DNA of 64,000 bases, taken from positions 73,366-137,365 of the forward strand of contig CAZOKB010000001.1 of NCBI GenBank assembly GCA_964580285.1, in the 5' to 3' direction. Positions 58,729-64,000 of this stretch are shown in pieces. The translations under genes were made by a program, and so were the position numbers. The notes beneath the pieces were generated by a model, which saw only the letters and a program-made list of their open reading frames with translations, did not search any database and was not told the origin of the DNA. Numbering within the stretch: position 1 is the first letter of the stretch; the number at the start of each line of letters is the position of its first letter. Source of the DNA: an uncultured Bdellovibrionales bacterium. Lineage in GTDB: Bacteria > Patescibacteriota > Minisyncoccia > Moranbacterales > UBA1568.

Positions 58729-59835
58729 ATGAAAATCGCGTTGGTACATGATTATTTGGTGCAGTACGGAGGAGCGGAGCGGGTGCTTGAGGCTTTTACA
58801 GAGCTTTACCCGTATGCGCCTATCTATACGCTTATCTATGATCCGGATGCGATGCATGGGGTTTTTGCAGCGAAGCGGATTTATACCTCGTTCCTTCAGA
58901 AATCACGCCTCGTACGGAAGCATCACCGGCTCTTTCCGCCGCTCATGCCGCTCGCGATCGAGCAGTTTGATTTTTCAAAATACGACGTCGTGCTTTCGGA
59001 TTCCTCGAGCTACGCCAAAGGCATCCTCACACGTCCAGAGACGCTGCATATTTCCTATATGCATACGCCGATGCGCTATGCCTGGGATGATTGCCAGAAG
59101 TATACGTCTGATTTTGGTTTCCCACGTTTCATTAAGAAACTCGTGCCGTTCTTCATGAATCCGATCCGGATTTGGGATCGGGTGAGTGCTGATCGGGTTG
59201 ATCGGATTATTGCGAACTCGAATTTCGTAGCGGCTCGGATTCAGAAGTACTACCGGAAGGATTCCATCGTGATTCATCCGCCCGTGGATATTAATCGCTT
59301 TTCGATCGCACCAGTGCAGAAGGATTATTATCTTATGGTGGGGCGTCTGATCGCCTACAAGCGGCACGATATTGCTATCGAAGCTTTTAATCGTCTCAAG
59401 CTGCCGCTCAAGATTATCGGTCGTGGACCAGAAATGGAACGGCTGAAGAAGCTCGCTGGACCAACGATTGAATTTTTGGGTCGGATCGATGAAGAAGAGC
59501 TTCCTCGCTACTACTCAGAGTGCCGCGGATTTATCTTCCCGCAAGAAGAAGACTTTGGCATCGTGGCGATTGAGGCGTTGGCTTCTGGCCGGCCGCTCAT
59601 CGCGTATCGGGGTGGAGATATCCCGGAACATATGGAAGAAGGGAGAATGGGAGTGTTTTTTGATGAGCAGACGAGCAAAGCGATCGTAGAAGCGGTGCAG
59701 AAATTTGAAACGATGACGTTTGACCCGGAGGAGATCCGGTCACAAGTGCTTCACTTTGACAAAGATCAATTTAAGGCTAAGATAAAAGACTACATTGAGG
59801 GGGAGGTAGCTAGACACCTAGCCCGAAAAATGTAG
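58729..59835 (+). CDS. glycosyltransferase family 4
   Basis: GT4 fold. RBS GGAGGAGGAAG before the ATG. Confidence 0.75.
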   Translation: MKIALVHDYLVQYGGAERVLEAFTELYPYAPIYTLIYDPDAMHGVFAAKRIYTSFLQKSRLVRKHHRLFPPLMPLAIEQFDFSKYDVVLSDSSSYAKGILTRPETLHISYMHTPMRYAWDDCQKYTSDFGFPRFIKKLVPFFMNPIRIWDRVSADRVDRIIANSNFVAARIQKYYRKDSIVIHPPVDINRFSIAPVQKDYYLMVGRLIAYKRHDIAIEAFNRLKLPLKIIGRGPEMERLKKLAGPTIEFLGRIDEEELPRYYSECRGFIFPQEEDFGIVAIEALASGRPLIAYRGGDIPEHMEEGRMGVFFDEQTSKAIVEAVQKFETMTFDPEEIRSQVLHFDKDQFKAKIKDYIEGEVARHLARKM

Positions 59836-60026
59836 CAAAGCCCAAAACAAAGAACAAAAAGCTTAAGCCTCTTGGATGAGGTAAGTTTTTGTTTTTTGAT
59901 GATCAGTTTTTGTTGTTGTTTGGCTGTAAAAGAAATTTTTCTGATGCCGTGTTCCGACACCAAGCAAGGAAAAATTTCTTTTACAGTCAAACAATACCTC
60001 TATTTAAAGAAGAAAAGGAAGAAGAT

Positions 60027-60635
60027 ATGGAATTCCGAGATATTGTAAAATTATATTGGGAAGAGCGTCGATTGTTTTTGTTAGTGGTTGCAGTCACAGT
60101 GTTTATGACACTGGTTTGGCAGGTGAATCAGCCAGTGATGTACCGAGCATCGCTTCTCTTAAATATCGGTCGTGAAGGCGCGAAAACAACCGTTGATTAC
60201 ACTTACGATAATTTTTATCGTCTTCAGGCGGATGAACGCTTTGCGGATACGGTAGTGCGCTGGCTGCAATCACCGCGCGTGGTATCGGACATTCTGACTG
60301 AGACGGGTATTCGCCCAGAAGCCGCTTCCGAACGTGAGCTCCGGAGCCGTATCGGAGCAAAGCGGCTTTCATCTCAGGTCGTGGAGGCTTCTTTTGTGGC
60401 GGGAGAAAGGAGCGTTCTAGAGAAAGAATCAGAGGTTATCGTCAAGATACTGAATGCGTATGCATCTGGTCTGAATCGGAATGGAACGAGTGAAGGCTGG
60501 TTCGTGGTGGTAGGAAGTAATCCGGTTATTCTGGATGCTCGTACAGCATCAGGAACAGCGATTGCTTTTGGTCTTGCTCTCGGTGTATTTTTGGCTTTTT
60601 GGGGCATTGCACTGAAGCGTTATGTGAACGGATAA
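60027..60635 (+). CDS. Wzz-like chain-length-determinant family membrane protein (two flanking TM helices)
   Basis: N-terminal TM LFLLVVAVTVFMTLV, periplasmic-type middle domain and C-terminal TM AIAFGLALGVFLAFWGIAL. Confidence 0.4.
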   Translation: MEFRDIVKLYWEERRLFLLVVAVTVFMTLVWQVNQPVMYRASLLLNIGREGAKTTVDYTYDNFYRLQADERFADTVVRWLQSPRVVSDILTETGIRPEAASERELRSRIGAKRLSSQVVEASFVAGERSVLEKESEVIVKILNAYASGLNRNGTSEGWFVVVGSNPVILDARTASGTAIAFGLALGVFLAFWGIALKRYVNG

Positions 60636-60679
60636 GACGACAAGGAGAAAGAAAGATTGGGTTGTTGACTGAGAATACT

Positions 60680-61831
60680 ATGAGAATTGGCATTGATGTA
60701 CGCTGTTTGCAGGATGGAACCCATTCGGGTGTGGAAGAATATGCCCGGTCGTTGCTTGAGGAAATTTTTGCTCAGGATACAAAGAATAAGTATATCCTTT
60801 TTGCGAACGCCTGGAATACATCACGGGTAGATTTTTCCTGGGCCACGGTTTACCCAAATGTGACGGTTCGACTCTCGCGGTGGCCGAACAAACTATTGAA
60901 TTTCTGTTTTTGGTATCTAGGATGGCCGAAAGTAGATCGTATGCTCGGCGGGATGGATGTCTTCTTCATGCCGAATCTCAACTTCATCGCGCTCTCCCGG
61001 GACGTGCGTTTCGTGCTGACGGCGCATGATCTTTCTTTCGAATTGTTTCCGGAGACGTTTTCGTGGAAACGGCGACTCTGGCATGTTTTTGTGAATTTTC
61101 GAGCCTTAGTACGGCGGGCCGATAAGGTTATCGCGGTATCGCAGTCGACAGCGGATGATCTTCGAGCAGTCTATTATACCCAGTTAGAGAAAATTACAGT
61201 GATTCCAAGTGGTATCCGGGATATCTTCAAACCGGTCGACCGTAATGACACGACGTTGCTTGCTATCAAGGAAAAACATGGTTTACCGTTCAAATTCATC
61301 CTTTCGCTCGGTACCATCGAGCCGCGCAAGAACCTGATTTCTCTCCTCCGAGCATTTGAAGTGATGCAAGCGAGTGGTCATTCGGAACTGATGAAGTATT
61401 CACTGGTGATCGCCGGGACTGAGGGCTGGGCCTCGCGTGATTTTTTCGACCAGGTACGGCGATCGCCGGTGAGGGATCGCATCATTCTGACTGGGTTTGT
61501 GGAGGATCAGGATAAACCAGGACTCTATTCGCTCGCGAGCGCTTTTGTCTATCCGTCGCTCTACGAAGGCTTCGGCTTTCCGCCGCTCGAAGCACTCTCA
61601 TGCGGGACGCCGGTGATTGCATCGCATTCGTCATCGCTACCAGAAATTATCGGTACTGAAGGAATACTCATCGATCCATACCGACCGGAGGAAATTCTGC
61701 AGGCATTGCGGCAGTTGCTCCTCTCGAGAGAGCTACAGGAAATGCTGCGTGACGCCGGTCCGGTGCAAGCCGCACGTTTTTCTTGGAAACATACGGCTAC
61801 AGCGGTGTTGCATTGCTTGACAGAAATCTAG
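60680..61831 (+). CDS. glycosyltransferase family 4
   Basis: MRIGIDVRCL N-terminus and EGFGFPPLEALSCGTPVI C-terminal motif. Confidence 0.75.
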   Translation: MRIGIDVRCLQDGTHSGVEEYARSLLEEIFAQDTKNKYILFANAWNTSRVDFSWATVYPNVTVRLSRWPNKLLNFCFWYLGWPKVDRMLGGMDVFFMPNLNFIALSRDVRFVLTAHDLSFELFPETFSWKRRLWHVFVNFRALVRRADKVIAVSQSTADDLRAVYYTQLEKITVIPSGIRDIFKPVDRNDTTLLAIKEKHGLPFKFILSLGTIEPRKNLISLLRAFEVMQASGHSELMKYSLVIAGTEGWASRDFFDQVRRSPVRDRIILTGFVEDQDKPGLYSLASAFVYPSLYEGFGFPPLEALSCGTPVIASHSSSLPEIIGTEGILIDPYRPEEILQALRQLLLSRELQEMLRDAGPVQAARFSWKHTATAVLHCLTEI

Positions 61832-61963
61832 GAAAACGTTCAGTGGGCTGATATACTATGGGTAGTGCAACGGACTCGAGTGGAGGAGTGCGTGAGCGCT
61901 ACCTGGTTTGACGCGGGGCGTTTACTAGGAGAGAAAAATTATTAAGGTAAAATAAATTTTTTT

Positions 61964-63337
61964 ATGGACAAACATCGTTCTCAGGCTGTGTCATTGCCAG
62001 CCGCTCTTATGATAGCCTTTATTTCTTTAGGAGCCTTTACGGGCGTAGCTAAGCTCGTGGCTCCTGACAAGCATTTTGGACTTACTTCTTTTTCGTTCGC
62101 GAAGGATGGTGAAGATGATAATGAAGGTGATAGCGAAGATAATAATGATGATAACGATGGTGATAGCCAGGATAAGTCTTCTGAAAAGGCCAAGAAAGAC
62201 GCTGAAAAGCAGAAAAAAGATGCTGAACGTCAGCGCGAGACGCTGAAGAAAGCTTCTGAACGATCGGGATCGAGAGTAGTGGAAAACGAAAATGAAGATG
62301 ATACCGCTGATGTTAACGGTGATGACGCTGAAAATGATGATGATACCGCTAAGGTAGAGGATGACACTGAACATTCAGGTTCATCGGAAGGCATGTATAA
62401 GGACAAGAATAAGACGCTTGAAAAGCTCAATGAAGAGCTCGCTAAAGCTGAGGAAGATATTCTTAAGCAGCAGGCAAAAGGGGCAAATGTCTCGGTACAG
62501 CTTGCAGCTTTGGCTGCCTACAAAGATCAATTGAATGCCGTGGGAGGGTCCTTTGATGCCAATAACTTAGATGCCGCCAAAGCTTTGGCCAAGCAGATTA
62601 AGAAAGAAGCACATTTCTTGAAGAAGGATGCTCAAGATGCTGAAAAAGTAGCTAAGGAAATGGCAGATGTTTTGAAGCGTTTTGCTAAGGCCGAAGCCAA
62701 GGTAGCTGAACTCGAAGCGCTTGGGGGAGACGTGACTTCTTTGAAGAATCAATTGTCAGTTCTAAGATCAGACTATGCGGTGCTTCAATCAACGATTGAT
62801 TCGGCTCCAGGAACTATCTCTCGGGAAACCGTGAAGGCGTTGGGAAAGAAAGTGCAACGGGTGAAGAGTTTGGCAGAATCAGCTATCTTCGCACTTGGTG
62901 GCGATGATGATGGTGAACTGGCAGCAGATCATGAGGACGAGTCTGATGATATCGCTGAACACCTGATGGATGTAGCAGAAGTGGAAGATGGGGATCATAC
63001 CGATGTCGCTACCAAAGTTCGCACGGTGGCTACGAGCCAGAAGCTTGCTGCTCAGACCGTAAAAACTTCTCTCCAGAACTTTGAACGACGCAGTAAAGTA
63101 ACGAAGTTTTTCTTGGGTGCTGATCAGACGGCATCGGCTCAGCTGACCGCAGAAGTGAATGCGATGCAATCGCGAGCAGCTACCTTGGAAACCTCGGCTG
63201 CCGCTCTCACTGATCCAGATATGAAGCAGATTCTTTTGGATCAGGCAGCAGCGCTTAAGTCTGAGGCCACAAAGCTTGCAACCTACCTCAATAGTCAGAA
63301 TTCAGACTTCAGCCTCTTTGGCTGGTTGTTCCGGTAA
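61964..63337 (+). CDS. secreted acidic low-complexity coiled-coil protein
   Basis: Signal peptide, D/E-rich blocks (GDSEDNNDDNDGDSQD) and long alpha-helical Lys/Ala/Glu-rich segments. Confidence 0.45.
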   Translation: MDKHRSQAVSLPAALMIAFISLGAFTGVAKLVAPDKHFGLTSFSFAKDGEDDNEGDSEDNNDDNDGDSQDKSSEKAKKDAEKQKKDAERQRETLKKASERSGSRVVENENEDDTADVNGDDAENDDDTAKVEDDTEHSGSSEGMYKDKNKTLEKLNEELAKAEEDILKQQAKGANVSVQLAALAAYKDQLNAVGGSFDANNLDAAKALAKQIKKEAHFLKKDAQDAEKVAKEMADVLKRFAKAEAKVAELEALGGDVTSLKNQLSVLRSDYAVLQSTIDSAPGTISRETVKALGKKVQRVKSLAESAIFALGGDDDGELAADHEDESDDIAEHLMDVAEVEDGDHTDVATKVRTVATSQKLAAQTVKTSLQNFERRSKVTKFFLGADQTASAQLTAEVNAMQSRAATLETSAAALTDPDMKQILLDQAAALKSEATKLATYLNSQNSDFSLFGWLFR

Positions 63338-63473
63338 AGGAAGTTTAAGGAAATATCACCTCACTTCAAGTGGGGTGATATTTTTATAGCGAAGAAAATG
63401 TAAAAGAAAGTCTCTTTTTAAGAGACTTTCTTTATGATATTATGTAAAAGAGTGATGAACTTTTTATTGTGTT

Positions 63474-63959
63474 ATGAATATAAAATCAAAAATCTTACTG
63501 AGCCTTTTTGTTATCTTTGCTCTTGCGTGTGTAGGCTTGACGTACTTTAAATTGATGGTGAAGAAGGATTACGTTATTGAGGCTCAGGCAAGTTGTGATC
63601 CTTCTGTAGAAAAATGTTTTGTAGCTATGTGTGATCCGAGTGCCGAAGAATGTACGGGTAATGTTCAAGAGGATACTTCTTATTATAAAATTATTCATCG
63701 AAATGCTGAGAATATGCCACTCTGCAATCCTGAAGAAGAGGGTTGCGAAGCACTTGTCTGTCCAGTAAATGAGTTAGGGTGCGAGATTATTTTTTGTGAT
63801 GAAGAAAAAGCGGCGGAAAATGGCACAACATGTAGTGATCCAGAAATATATACACTGTTGCGTGAAGAGCAAAAAAATGTTGTTGATACAGAAGAAAATT
63901 CAGATTCAGAAGTATCTCATGAGAATCTCATTGATGAAAATTCACAAGATCTTCAATAG
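63474..63959 (+). CDS. small secreted cysteine-rich protein
   Basis: Signal peptide then about 12 cysteines in repeated CxPxxEECxG-like units. Confidence 0.45.
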   Translation: MNIKSKILLSLFVIFALACVGLTYFKLMVKKDYVIEAQASCDPSVEKCFVAMCDPSAEECTGNVQEDTSYYKIIHRNAENMPLCNPEEEGCEALVCPVNELGCEIIFCDEEKAAENGTTCSDPEIYTLLREEQKNVVDTEENSDSEVSHENLIDENSQDLQ

Positions 63960-64000
63960 TAGGGTCTTTCTGGTAGTATATTTGTTAGTAACGGTTTTAT

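Overview
The window is a 64 kb bacterial chromosomal segment with short genes, archaeal-type PyrH, a short ProRS, many GT4 glycosyltransferases, a T4CP-like ATPase and a four-helix-bundle protein, which may indicate a CPR/Patescibacteria-like lineage. Housekeeping genes include recJ, rnhA, dnaX, tRNA-Gln, an ABC-F ATPase, clpB, proS, pyrH and ispH. There is a six-gene complex-I/group-4-hydrogenase-like (Ehr-like) operon whose catalytic subunits lack all FeS and NiFe cysteine ligands. Other content includes a LuxI-family acyltransferase on a GC-rich islet, a solo IS200-type TnpA insertion, an envelope cluster (HtrA, PpiC, FtsB-like) and a large glycosyltransferase/polysaccharide cluster. The standout is a GC3-rich island at about 31.9-36.9 kb. 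It holds an unknown 215-aa protein, then a 2.3 kb non-coding tandem array of about 16 degenerate ~146-nt three-hairpin RNA modules with compensatory base changes, then an FeS DinG/XPD-like helicase. Two complete type III hammerhead ribozymes lie in the same orientation in this array. One is internal. The other ends 30 nt before the helicase start codon, in its 5'-UTR. Together they bound a 1467-nt ribozyme-delimited unit. I could not match this RNA array, ribozymes and helicase to any described system, and it is the best candidate for a novel element. A CIRCE (HrcA) operator precedes clpB.
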